A DNA stretch of 64,000 bases from an uncultured bacterium (GTDB lineage Bacteria > Verrucomicrobiota > Verrucomicrobiia > Verrucomicrobiales > DEV007). The first letter of the stretch is position 1. Every line of letters begins with the position of its first letter. The stretch is taken from assembly GCA_963977015.1 (NCBI GenBank), contig CAXBMO010000010.1, positions 128,001 to 192,000 on the forward strand. The letters are read 5' to 3'. A model generated the notes under the pieces. The model was not told where the DNA came from. It worked only from the letters and a program-made list of their open reading frames with translations, and ran no database searches. Both the position numbers and the translations under genes were made by a program. Below, piece by piece: positions 19,893-29,613 of the stretch.

Positions 19893-22800
19893 ATGAAATC
19901 GCTCATTTTTTTCCTGGCGCTAGCCTTCGTGATCATCCACGCCGTTGGCCTGCGGCAGTTCGCACAACTCGACACGGAAACCGCCATTGAGCTTCGCTCC
20001 GCGGCTCAATTGAACGACGATCTCGCGGAGATTGAGGTCGATGCCGAATTCCGGGATGCCACTCTTCGAGGACGTGTCGATTCCCTCGAGGCGAAACAGC
20101 GTGCCGAGAAATTGGTCCGAGAAATCATCCCGACTGGCCGGACTCGGTTGAAGAACGAGATTCAAGTCGTCCAGGATAGGGCAAGTTCCTTGATCGCCTC
20201 AGTGGCTGATGGCGTGGTTGATGTTTATGGGGTCGTGCCTTCACCGGTGCTGCGCAATCAGTTGGTCGCAGCGGCTCAATCGGTAGGCAAGGGGAAGAAA
20301 GTCAACGATAGCGCCCTACAGGTCGATAGTAAGGCGGAGTCCGAACCTTGGTTGGTGGAGATGCCGGAGTTCGTGAAAACGTTTTTGGAAAAATCGACCG
20401 ATGGGCGGATCGAGGCGACCAAGTTGGGCTTGAAACTGCAAGGGCAGTTCGAGACGCAGAAAGACAAGGACTTCGCCATGCGCAAGGCGCATCAAATGCT
20501 GCCATCTGCGAGGATTTTTGACGAAACCAAAGTGGCTGGGCCACAACCCGCTTCCCTGATCGTGAGTCGAACGGGAGGAAAATATAAAATTGGCGGGACC
20601 CTTCCTTCCACCAGCGCCGGCAATAGCCTGACTTCGAACTTGGTTGAGTGGGACCATTCCGCCAGAGTGCTGCTCGACCCAGCGGTGATGGATGCGGCCT
20701 GGGTTGACGGAGCTTGGGAAGCAATCAATGGATTTTTCGGCGAGGTTCAGGGAAATGCGTCGGTCGAGATTGATTCTGAAAAACTGGTCGTGAACGGAGA
20801 AGTGCTTTCCGCTGGACGTCAGATTCAGGCCCTGAAGTGGTTTAGCGGGGGCCCGTGGAAGAAACTGGATATCCTGGCGGAAGGATTGGTCGTCAGACAG
20901 CCCAAGCCGTTCAAGCTGGAGATTGCCTCTAAAGATGGCGCAATGAACGTGAGCGGAACCGGGTCGCAGGCTCAAAGTGCGCAGATCATGGAGATTCTCA
21001 CCAAAACGGAAGCAACCGTGTCGGGTAAAGTGAATCCGGTCTCAGGCATTCAGCAACCTGGTTGGTGGAAGTCCTTTCCCGAACTTGTGCAACGGTTCCA
21101 TTCGGTGGCCGATGACGCCCAACTGAGCATCCTGAACGATCGAATCACGATTCAAGGGCGGATGAAGGCCGGGGAGAGCGAAAACGACTTCAAGAAGCAA
21201 TTGGCGGCGATTGGTGGATTGCCTTCTCCAAACATTAGCGGTTTGGAGTGGCCGGCTTTGAAAGCGCCGTCGCTGGCCTTGGTCCGGAACCAAGACGGAA
21301 GTGCGGTTTTGCGCGGAGCGGTCGCGACAAAGGCTGAGGCTGATCTCATCGCGAATGCCATCTCCTCAACGACTCCAGATTTGAAGCCAAAATTGGAGGT
21401 TTCAACCACTGCGGGTTTGGGGAGTCCTGCCTGGATCAAGCAGTTTCCTGCATGGTGGAAAACGGTGAGCGAACTCATCCCGGATGCCAGCTTCGATGTT
21501 CGGGACGGCAAGGTGGAACTCAAGGGACGTGGAGCGAAGCCTGAATCGTTGATTCAAGTCGCCGGCTTAATGAAAAAGACGTTTGGTGACCAGGTTGCCT
21601 ACACCTATGTGCCGATGGACATGCCGACTGCGAAAGAAGCACCAAGTCTGGTTTTGAAGCGGGGAGCAACGGGGATTGAATTGATTGGCAAGGTCGCTTC
21701 TGAAAAGCAACGCAGTGCGATCATTGCCGCTGTCAGGGCCTCGGAACGCGGTGTCGTCATTCGCGGCGCTCAACTCAAGGTCGACGAATCGGTTGATGAC
21801 GTGGGCTGGGCGGCCAGCTTTCCAACCTGGTGGCAGGAGCTACGACGCAAGGTCAAAGACCCTGCTTTTGAAATGGATGGGAAGAGCTTCAAACTAACCG
21901 GGGAGGTCGTTTCTCCAGCTGCCAATCAGGAATTGGCCGGATGGGCGAATGACGCCTTTGGCAAAAATGTGCTGGACCGCTCGAAGGTTTCGATTCCCAA
22001 ATCCCGTCAGCCAACGCTATCCATTCGTGATGACGGCAAGGTTATTGTGGTCGAAGGCGAAGTTCAGAGTCCGCAGCAGGGAAAAATGATTGTGGACGTG
22101 ATCCAGGCCAACAATCGTGATGCTCAAGTTCGTTCGACCTTAACAGCGGATCCGTTCGTCACCACTCCAAGTTGGATCACCGGTTTCAAGGGATGGTGGC
22201 CAAATCTGGTGCGCAACGTCAAGGCTCCGTCTCTTTCGTATCGCAACGGCCAACTGAGCGTTGAAGGAAAAGCTTCCGCATCAGGGCTGGATACGCAGGC
22301 CGAGAAACTGCTCGTCACGGCCTTCGGAAAAGACGTCAAGGAGAAGAGCTTCAAGATTGTGGCCCCGATGGAAAAAACGCCATGGCTGAAAATTGAAGCG
22401 GATTCCAAGGCGGTCGTCGTTTCCGGGCTCGTCCCGAGTGAGGCGGACAAGAAGGCGGTATTGGACGCATTGCAGAAGCTGCCCGGATTCAAAAGTGATG
22501 CCCGGGTTACCGTCGATGCCGGTGTCAAGGATGCACCTTGGTCGAAAGGGGTTGCAGAATATGCCAACAAACTGGTTTCGCTTCATAAGGAAGGGCGAAT
22601 CGAATTGGAGAATGATACTGCGGTCGTTGAGGCTGTGGTTCCCAACAACGACGAGAAAAGCCGCCTGGAGCAGGAATTCAAAGTGGCTCTCAACGGAGCC
22701 TTCAAGATGGATTCCAAGATCACGCTGGCGGTGGCGCAACCAGCCCAACTGTCGTTGGCGAAGACCGGCAACGATTGGATTCTCCGTGGGAAAGTTCCCA

Positions 22801-24209
22801 CGGCTGAGGATAAAAAGCGCGTGGTTGACGCCGTCAAGAATACGGATCCGAGTGTGAAGGAGCAAATCACGGTGGCTGAGGGAGTTACGCGGCCCAAATG
22901 GCTTTCCGAATTTCCAAACTGGTGGTCGAAGTATCGCAAAGAGGTTCCAGAAGGTGGATTCGTGGCCGAGGGGAACAATGAACCATCGTTCAGTGGTCGA
23001 TTGGCGAACCGTGGCAGCGATGGGAATGCCGCCAATTTGCTTGCCGACGTTTTTGGAGGCAAGAAGATGAAATTCGATTGGCAGATGCCAACGTTGAAGC
23101 GGCCGCGGCTGAGTATGAAGCGGGACGCCAACGGAGTCATTCTCGACGGGATGGTCCCCACCGTGAAATACAAGGCAGATATTGAGGCTGCCGTGAAAAA
23201 GACGGAAGCGAAAGTGACCAACCGAATCGCGGTCGATCCGGATGTCGACGCTCCAGGTTGGCTCGAAAAATTTGGCGAATGGTGGCCGAAACTGCGCAAG
23301 GACATCCCGGACGCCACCTTTACGCTTGATGGAGACGATAATTCCAAGATTGAGGGAGTTGCGGATGAGGCAACAAGTGGCCGGGTTGGCTCATTTCTCT
23401 CCGGCGTGTTTGGCTCGGGGATCAAGTTGCCGAAGCTCGAGACCCGCATGCCTGCGCCGACCAAATCTCCATGGCTGCAATTCAAAGGCGACAAGTCGAC
23501 GATTGTCGTCTCTGGAGAAATTGCCGACGAGCAGGCAAAGCGCGATCTTCTCGCGGATTTGGGCAAATTTAAGGGCAAGGTGGATTCCTCGGGTCTCCGG
23601 ATTACTTCCTCCGTGAAGTCTGAATCGTGGACTGGTGCTGCCGGTGACTATGTGGTCGAATTGGTTGCCGCCGCAGGCCCTTCAACGTTGAATCTGCGGG
23701 ATGGAAAAGCGGAGGTAAATGCGACCCTTCCTTCCCAGTCTTCGCGGGATCAAATGGCACGTTCGCTGGGGCAGGTCGTTGGAAACGGCTTCCGAATCAC
23801 CGACGGCCTGAAGGTGGGCTCAACGTCACCAGGCAAGAATTCGGGATTGATTCTGCAGGATCTCCTCAAGGGCCAACGAATCTATTTCCCGAAAAACTCA
23901 TCGTATTACAACTCAACGGAGCGAGCCAAAATCCAGCGTTTTGCGAATGAGATCAACCAACTCAAAGAGGACAACATCACCGTCTATTTGATTGGCCATG
24001 CAGATGCACGAGGCCGGTCTGATTACAACCAATGGTTGAGTGACAAACGGGCAAATCGCGTCAGTCGTGCTCTTTCGAGTTATGGGGTAAAGGCCAGTTT
24101 TGTTCAGGTGGAAGCCAAGGGGGAGCGGGATGCTGCGCCACTGCGAGCCGGGGAGTCTGCTTGGAGCAAAGATCGGCGGGTCGACATCCGTGTAGGTAAA
24201 ACCAAGTAA
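19893..24209 (+). CDS. Giant BON + 10x ArfA(Rv0899)-B-like repeat + OmpA-domain envelope protein
   Basis: N-terminal TM, BON domain (ATLRGRVDS), ten repeats of about 120 aa, C-terminal OmpA domain (IGHADARG, NQWLSDKRA, DRRVDI). Confidence 0.85.
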   Translation: MKSLIFFLALAFVIIHAVGLRQFAQLDTETAIELRSAAQLNDDLAEIEVDAEFRDATLRGRVDSLEAKQRAEKLVREIIPTGRTRLKNEIQVVQDRASSLIASVADGVVDVYGVVPSPVLRNQLVAAAQSVGKGKKVNDSALQVDSKAESEPWLVEMPEFVKTFLEKSTDGRIEATKLGLKLQGQFETQKDKDFAMRKAHQMLPSARIFDETKVAGPQPASLIVSRTGGKYKIGGTLPSTSAGNSLTSNLVEWDHSARVLLDPAVMDAAWVDGAWEAINGFFGEVQGNASVEIDSEKLVVNGEVLSAGRQIQALKWFSGGPWKKLDILAEGLVVRQPKPFKLEIASKDGAMNVSGTGSQAQSAQIMEILTKTEATVSGKVNPVSGIQQPGWWKSFPELVQRFHSVADDAQLSILNDRITIQGRMKAGESENDFKKQLAAIGGLPSPNISGLEWPALKAPSLALVRNQDGSAVLRGAVATKAEADLIANAISSTTPDLKPKLEVSTTAGLGSPAWIKQFPAWWKTVSELIPDASFDVRDGKVELKGRGAKPESLIQVAGLMKKTFGDQVAYTYVPMDMPTAKEAPSLVLKRGATGIELIGKVASEKQRSAIIAAVRASERGVVIRGAQLKVDESVDDVGWAASFPTWWQELRRKVKDPAFEMDGKSFKLTGEVVSPAANQELAGWANDAFGKNVLDRSKVSIPKSRQPTLSIRDDGKVIVVEGEVQSPQQGKMIVDVIQANNRDAQVRSTLTADPFVTTPSWITGFKGWWPNLVRNVKAPSLSYRNGQLSVEGKASASGLDTQAEKLLVTAFGKDVKEKSFKIVAPMEKTPWLKIEADSKAVVVSGLVPSEADKKAVLDALQKLPGFKSDARVTVDAGVKDAPWSKGVAEYANKLVSLHKEGRIELENDTAVVEAVVPNNDEKSRLEQEFKVALNGAFKMDSKITLAVAQPAQLSLAKTGNDWILRGKVPTAEDKKRVVDAVKNTDPSVKEQITVAEGVTRPKWLSEFPNWWSKYRKEVPEGGFVAEGNNEPSFSGRLANRGSDGNAANLLADVFGGKKMKFDWQMPTLKRPRLSMKRDANGVILDGMVPTVKYKADIEAAVKKTEAKVTNRIAVDPDVDAPGWLEKFGEWWPKLRKDIPDATFTLDGDDNSKIEGVADEATSGRVGSFLSGVFGSGIKLPKLETRMPAPTKSPWLQFKGDKSTIVVSGEIADEQAKRDLLADLGKFKGKVDSSGLRITSSVKSESWTGAAGDYVVELVAAAGPSTLNLRDGKAEVNATLPSQSSRDQMARSLGQVVGNGFRITDGLKVGSTSPGKNSGLILQDLLKGQRIYFPKNSSYYNSTERAKIQRFANEINQLKEDNITVYLIGHADARGRSDYNQWLSDKRANRVSRALSSYGVKASFVQVEAKGERDAAPLRAGESAWSKDRRVDIRVGKTK

Positions 24210-24221
24210 ATCACGAATCCG

Positions 24222-24440
24222 ATGCACGAATTTTCACCACAAACCTACGATACGATCATCAATTTGCTGAGTTCGGCGCTAGCTGGGCTTGCCGTGTTTC
24301 TTCTTGGATTATTCATGGGGTGGCTGTTCTGGCGTGATCACGGTCGCCGGTCACTGCGCCGGGTCGAATATGGGGAGATGATGAATGATCAGGACGTTTT
24401 GTCGGAGTTTGACTCTGATGTTGATCCTGAAGACGATTAG
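24222..24440 (+). CDS. Small single-TM protein with acidic tail (ArfB-like position)
   Basis: LAVFLLGLFMGWLFWR TM segment; starts 12 nt after the preceding gene. Confidence 0.7.
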   Translation: MHEFSPQTYDTIINLLSSALAGLAVFLLGLFMGWLFWRDHGRRSLRRVEYGEMMNDQDVLSEFDSDVDPEDD

Positions 24441-24472
24441 AACCTCCCGCCAAGTCCAGAATTTCCAGACGT

Positions 24473-25993
24473 ATGTTACGCGACCTTCTTTTTAACTTTT
24501 TCCACTGTGCCACGCCGGGATGCGTGATCTGGAATATCATTTACCTATTCGGCGTTTATCTTTTGGGATTGTGGATGGCTCACCAGATTTGGGTAAGGCC
24601 GTGGCGGCGTCATTGGACGGATGGCCGGGAGGGGGCTTACCAGCGCGTTTCGGCGTCGACGGTGACCCAGGAGCCGAAAACGTTGTTTGATGAAGAGGAC
24701 GCAGGCAGGGAAGAAGAGCCTGTTGGTCCGGTTCTGGGGCAAAGCGAAGAGGAGGATACAGACGAAGAAGAGGACGAAACGTCTTACCGAAATGCGGCGC
24801 TTGGTGCTGCTGGTTTGGTTGGAGTCGGCGCGGCGTTGGCGCAGGCAAGCAAGGAAGAGGATGAAGATCGAGAGATCGATGAGATTCCTGATTCTGATGA
24901 TGAAGAGCTGGCAAGACAGCAGATCGATCTGCTCCGAAGGAAATACGGCGACGAAGAGCTCAGAAACGATCCGCTACTCGGCGTCATCTACGATGATCCC
25001 CCCGTCAAATCGGATGACCTAACGCGGATCGACGGAATCGGAATGGGGCTTGAGGGCGATCTGAATGATTTGGGGGTTCATCGACTGGAGCAAATCGCGA
25101 ACTGGAGCCCCAAAAACACCAAGGAATTTTCCAAGCGGCTTCACTTGGGCGAGCAAATCAATGATGATGACTGGGTTTCGCAGGCGCGCCATTTGGTCGG
25201 GCTGAATGGAGGCTCGGAGGTTAAGGATGTGGTCGATGAGGAGGAGACTGAAGAGGATGAGAACGTTGAAACCAGTGAGCAGGCTCTCGAAGATCGCGTT
25301 GCGGAGGAAGTCGATCGTTCAGAGGTCGGGCCGACGAATGATTTTTCGGCATTGATTGCTGCGAAGTTTGCCAATGAGCATGTGGAAGCCGATCCGGACC
25401 TGGGGGTGGTTTATCTGACGACTCCGGAAGTGGATGATGACCTCACCGAAATCGAGACCATCACGGGCGATGTGGAAAGATCGTTGAATCACCTTGGTGT
25501 TCACCGGTTTGCGCAAATTGCGCATTGGACGGATCGTCAGGTGAAAGAGTTCTCAGACAGACTGGGCGTTGCTCAGCATCGGATCGAGGACGAGGACTGG
25601 GTTTCGCAGGCAGATCGCCTTTACCATGAAACCTATCGGGCCAGCAAGGTTTGGAGCGATGCGAACCCGAGCCTTGAGGAATATGAAGCGCTGATTGATG
25701 AGGATTATCAGGGCGAACAGGTTCGCGCTGACGGATTGTTGGGGGTTCTTTATACTTCACGCCCCGACGACTCTGACGAACTGACGGAGATCGACGGGGT
25801 CAGCGATCTCATGTCGCAATGGCTTCAGGACAGCGGCGTCTTCAAGTTCAAGCAAATTGCGGATTGGTCAGAAATGAATGTGACCAATTTCGCCGATCGC
25901 CTCGATCTGCCAAAAGATCGGATCTTCAGCGAGCGATGGATTCCGCAGGCGCAAGAGCTTGCAGCCAAGGCTCAGTTCAAAGAGATTGCGTAA
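24473..25993 (+). CDS. Membrane-anchored acidic protein with three COG3743-like HhH repeats (ArfC-like position)
   Basis: N-terminal TM; three copies of LGVxY..P...D[DE]LTxI....L...GV....QIAxW....F..RL....I....W..QA. Confidence 0.8.
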   Translation: MLRDLLFNFFHCATPGCVIWNIIYLFGVYLLGLWMAHQIWVRPWRRHWTDGREGAYQRVSASTVTQEPKTLFDEEDAGREEEPVGPVLGQSEEEDTDEEEDETSYRNAALGAAGLVGVGAALAQASKEEDEDREIDEIPDSDDEELARQQIDLLRRKYGDEELRNDPLLGVIYDDPPVKSDDLTRIDGIGMGLEGDLNDLGVHRLEQIANWSPKNTKEFSKRLHLGEQINDDDWVSQARHLVGLNGGSEVKDVVDEEETEEDENVETSEQALEDRVAEEVDRSEVGPTNDFSALIAAKFANEHVEADPDLGVVYLTTPEVDDDLTEIETITGDVERSLNHLGVHRFAQIAHWTDRQVKEFSDRLGVAQHRIEDEDWVSQADRLYHETYRASKVWSDANPSLEEYEALIDEDYQGEQVRADGLLGVLYTSRPDDSDELTEIDGVSDLMSQWLQDSGVFKFKQIADWSEMNVTNFADRLDLPKDRIFSERWIPQAQELAAKAQFKEIA

Positions 25994-26005
25994 TAAAGCG
26001 CGTCC

Positions 26006-27208
26006 CTACGCGGTCATCTGTTTGTAAAGCTCGAGCACGCGTTCAGCGACACTCGACCAGCTGTAGTTCTCCACGGCTCGCTTACGCCCGGCCTGGCTCA
26101 TTGCCATGCGGCGTTCGTGATTTCCCATCAACTCATTGATGGCATTCGCAAGGTCGAGGGAAAATTGAGCAGGATCAACGGGCTCGAAGGGGCTCGAAGT
26201 CTGTTGCTCGACGGGAACGAGAAGACCGGTTTCTCCGTGAACGATGACTTCCTTCATCCCTCCCACGGCCGATGCAACCACAGGAGTGTCGCATGCCATT
26301 GCCTCGAGGTTGATGATCCCAAACGGCTCATAAATGGAAGGACAGCAGAACAGCCATGCGTGGGTGTAGGCCGCAATTTTGGTCTCATTGTCGACCATGT
26401 TCTCGATCCAGATGATCTTTTCGTGCGTTTTGCTGGCTTCATCCACCGCAGCCTTCATTTCAGCGGCGATTTCGGGAGTGTCCGGCGCTCCGGCAAAGAG
26501 AACGACCTGAAAACCTGGATCGAGGTGCTTGATCGCGTTTACCAGATGAATGATTCCCTTCTGCCGGGTAATACGCCCCACGAAGAGAATGTAGGGAATC
26601 TCAACATCGATCCCAAGTTCGGCCAACTTTGCCGGGTTCGGCTTTGGCTGATACTCAATGGGATCAATCCCGTTGGGAATCACATGCAGCTTGTCCTCAT
26701 CGACGTCGAAAAAGTTCAGAACATCCTGCTTGGTCTCATCGGACACCGCAATCACCGCGTCTGCCATTTCAATGGCCGTTTTTTCGACCCAAAGGGAAAA
26801 ATCGTAGCCGCCTCCCAGTTGTTCTCGTTTCCAAGGGCGCAGTGGCTCCAGGGAATGGACCGTCAGCGCCATGGGGATTCCGTAGTTCAGTTTCGCGAGA
26901 ATCCCGCCAAAATGGGAATACCAGGTGTGCAAATGGACGACATCAGCATCGATATTCCGCGTATTGAAATTCAAGCAGCGCTGGAGCGCGCCAAAAACTG
27001 AATGAAGGGATTTGGGGGCGGTGTAGTCCGTCGTATCCACCGATTCTCCCAAGACTTCCATGTTCTCCCCGGAAAACTCCTGGGTTCCAAAGCAGCGAAC
27101 ATCCACTTCGCAAAGCTTGGCTAGTTCGCGAGTCAGGTAATCGACGTGAACCCCGGCGCCGCCATAAATCGCAGGCGGGAACTCGTTGGTAAGGATCAAG
27201 CTCTTCAT
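26006..27208 (-). CDS. glgA: GT4 glycogen synthase, TIGR02149/GlgM type
   Basis: EFPPAIYGGAGVHV, HTWY, HSLEPLRPWKREQLGGGY, VGRITRQKG, CPSIYEPFGIINLEAMAC. Confidence 0.9.
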   Translation of the reverse strand: MKSLILTNEFPPAIYGGAGVHVDYLTRELAKLCEVDVRCFGTQEFSGENMEVLGESVDTTDYTAPKSLHSVFGALQRCLNFNTRNIDADVVHLHTWYSHFGGILAKLNYGIPMALTVHSLEPLRPWKREQLGGGYDFSLWVEKTAIEMADAVIAVSDETKQDVLNFFDVDEDKLHVIPNGIDPIEYQPKPNPAKLAELGIDVEIPYILFVGRITRQKGIIHLVNAIKHLDPGFQVVLFAGAPDTPEIAAEMKAAVDEASKTHEKIIWIENMVDNETKIAAYTHAWLFCCPSIYEPFGIINLEAMACDTPVVASAVGGMKEVIVHGETGLLVPVEQQTSSPFEPVDPAQFSLDLANAINELMGNHERRMAMSQAGRKRAVENYSWSSVAERVLELYKQMTA

Positions 27209-27216
27209 AAGAGCCG

Positions 27217-28614
27217 CTAGAATTCGATGGTCTTGCGCCATTTGGCAACCGCTACTTTCCCCCGTTTTCGCTGGGTCAAGGCTTCGCAAAGGGCGTGGGA
27301 TTGCTCCGTTTCTCCGTGGACGAGCCAGGTTTGTTCGAGCGGACCGGTGATCGCGTCGTAGTAGGCGAGCAATTCGCTCCGATCAGCATGACCGCTAAAA
27401 GAATCCATCTCTTCAATGCGAGCTTTGACGCGGTGTTGCTCTCCAAAGATGGGAACCGATTTCTCGCGATCCCGAATTCGCCGACCCAGCGTATTGGCCG
27501 CGCAATAACCCACGAACAGAATCGTGTTCTTTGTATTGCCGATGTTGTTTCGCAAATGATGCAGGATCCGTCCGCTTTCGCACATTCCGGAAGCCGAAAT
27601 GATGACGCAGGGCTCATCTTTGTCGTTCAGAGACCTAGAGCCGCGAACCGATCGAATCAGTTGTAAGCCCTCGAATCCGAACGGATTGCGCTTCTCGAAA
27701 AGAAAATTGTAGATCTCTTTGTTAAAACATTCGGGGTGCAATCGGAAGATCTCAGTCGCGTTTACCGCCAGTGGGCTGTCCACATAAATCGGGATATCCG
27801 GAATTTTACCCTCTTCAACCAATTGGTGGAGGACGTAGATCAGTTGCTGAGTTCGTTCCACGGCAAATGCCGGAATGATGACTTTGCCCTTTGTCCGGAC
27901 TGCTTCGTGGATGATTTTCGCAATTTCTTCGGCCGATTCAGTATCTTCCTCGTGTTCCCGATTCCCATAGGTGCTCTCCATCAGGAGGAAATCTACATTT
28001 TCTGGAATGTGCGGATCACGGAGAATTCGGTTGTCGCCACGACCGACGTCCCCTGAAAAGACGAATCGCTTTTTGCGACCGGTCGCGAACTCCTGAATAT
28101 CCAAAACCACCTGCGCCGAACCAAGGATGTGGCCGGCATCGATAAAGGTCAGAAAAACTCCGTTCGCGATCGGGAGGCTGCGGTCGTAGCCGATGTTCAC
28201 AAATTGCCGGATGCATTGCTCAGCCTCCAGTTGCGTGTAGAGAACCGAAATTGGCTCCTGCTTGGTCTTTTTGCGACGTTTGTTAAGCCACCCCACATCA
28301 TGCGCCTGAATCTTGGCGGAGTCAGCCAGCATGATTTGGCAAAGATCCCTGGTCGCGAACGTGCTGTAAATGTTGCCCGTGTACCCGTTCTTGCAAAGAT
28401 TCGGGAGATTGCCGCTGTGGTCAATGTGAGCGTGGGATAATACCACCGCGTCAAGCGAGGCCGGATCGAAAAAGAAGGACTTGTTTCGCTCATAGCTCTC
28501 ATCCCGCCGTCCCTGATAAAGCCCGCAATCCAAAAGAATACGCTGGTTGTTAATCTCGAGAAGATGTTGCGAACCTGTGGTGGTTTCAGCCGCGCCGCAG
28601 AAGGTGAGTTTCAT
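27217..28614 (-). CDS. Beta-CASP metallo-beta-lactamase-fold RNase-like hydrolase
   Basis: SHAHIDHSG, AGHILGS, MESTYGNR, SASGMCESGRILHHL, FSGHAD, LVHGE. Confidence 0.92.
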   Translation of the reverse strand: MKLTFCGAAETTTGSQHLLEINNQRILLDCGLYQGRRDESYERNKSFFFDPASLDAVVLSHAHIDHSGNLPNLCKNGYTGNIYSTFATRDLCQIMLADSAKIQAHDVGWLNKRRKKTKQEPISVLYTQLEAEQCIRQFVNIGYDRSLPIANGVFLTFIDAGHILGSAQVVLDIQEFATGRKKRFVFSGDVGRGDNRILRDPHIPENVDFLLMESTYGNREHEEDTESAEEIAKIIHEAVRTKGKVIIPAFAVERTQQLIYVLHQLVEEGKIPDIPIYVDSPLAVNATEIFRLHPECFNKEIYNFLFEKRNPFGFEGLQLIRSVRGSRSLNDKDEPCVIISASGMCESGRILHHLRNNIGNTKNTILFVGYCAANTLGRRIRDREKSVPIFGEQHRVKARIEEMDSFSGHADRSELLAYYDAITGPLEQTWLVHGETEQSHALCEALTQRKRGKVAVAKWRKTIEF

Positions 28615-28743
28615 GAAATTCAGGAGGGATTTGTGGAGTTTTGAGCCATGATCTTGGGAGTTTGCCACCTGCCGTGCAAGAAAACTTCGTCACACTGCAG
28701 TTTCGAGGTAGACGCTGCGCGCTGACTTGTTACGATGAATATT

Positions 28744-29529
28744 ATGCGCTCACAAATAGCTACCAGAATGCGGGTGACCGCGTTGGCCATCTTTAGTGTC
28801 CTCGCGATCGTTGCCTGTACCACAGTGGTCGAAGAGACCGGTCGAAAACAGTTCAACGTTCTTTCTCCAGCCAAAGAGGCCAGCATGGGATTGAGCGAGT
28901 TTGAGAAATACAAGCAATCTAAGCCTGTCGTGCGTGGCGGATCCTACAACGCCATGGCTCAGCGAGTTGGCGCTCGGCTTCAGAAAGTAATCACGGTGCC
29001 GAATGCCCAATGGGAATTTGTCGTATTTCAGGATTCGACACCCAACGCCTTTGCTCTTCCGGGAGGGAAGGTCGGTATCCACTCAGGTCTTTTCAACGTC
29101 GTCCAAAATGAAGCGCAGTTGGCTGCGGTTCTCGGCCATGAAATCGGCCACGTGAAGGCGCGTCACAGCGGGGAACGACTTACCAATGCAACTGCCGGCG
29201 CAGTCGTTGGGGCGATCGCTGGTGAAGTCCTCGCCCGAAAGACCGGATTGCAGCGGGGCCAGGCTCAGGCCGTTACGCAAGGAGCTGTCGCATTGCGCAC
29301 CCTCCGTTTCTCACGAAACCAGGAATTGGAAGCAGACAAACTCGGGGCGCTCTATATGGCTCGGGCGGGATACGATCCTCGCGAATCCATCAACTTGTGG
29401 AAGAACTTCGGGAAAGCCGCCGGTGGGAATTCAACTCCCGAATTTTTGAGAACCCATCCGTTGGATACAACGCGAATTGCTGCGTTGGAGGCTTATATGC
29501 CGACGGCATTGGCTGCCTATAAGAATTAG
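28744..29529 (+). CDS. M48-family zinc metallopeptidase lipoprotein
   Basis: Lipobox IVAC, PNAFALPGG, HEIGH, ELEAD, FLRTHP. Start uncertain (28735, 28744 or 28768). Confidence 0.9.
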   Translation: MRSQIATRMRVTALAIFSVLAIVACTTVVEETGRKQFNVLSPAKEASMGLSEFEKYKQSKPVVRGGSYNAMAQRVGARLQKVITVPNAQWEFVVFQDSTPNAFALPGGKVGIHSGLFNVVQNEAQLAAVLGHEIGHVKARHSGERLTNATAGAVVGAIAGEVLARKTGLQRGQAQAVTQGAVALRTLRFSRNQELEADKLGALYMARAGYDPRESINLWKNFGKAAGGNSTPEFLRTHPLDTTRIAALEAYMPTALAAYKN

Positions 29530-29613
29530 GGACCTGTTTGAGCCTGGGAGGCTCTTCGATTGGAGGGAAACTAATGTCGGGTAAGGCACTGGCATGGGTT
29601 TTCTGCTTTGCAG

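Noticed and set aside
22583-23578. Long antisense or overlapping ORFs (also 2769-3746, 26117-27001, 40268-41293, 51448-52320, 62734-63660)
   Set aside because: Each lies opposite a well-supported gene and has no recognisable motif
29530-29613. 6S RNA upstream of ygfA (common synteny)
   Set aside because: The gap is only about 84 nt, too short for a ~180-nt 6S RNA; only a small GAGCCT/AGGCTC hairpin is present
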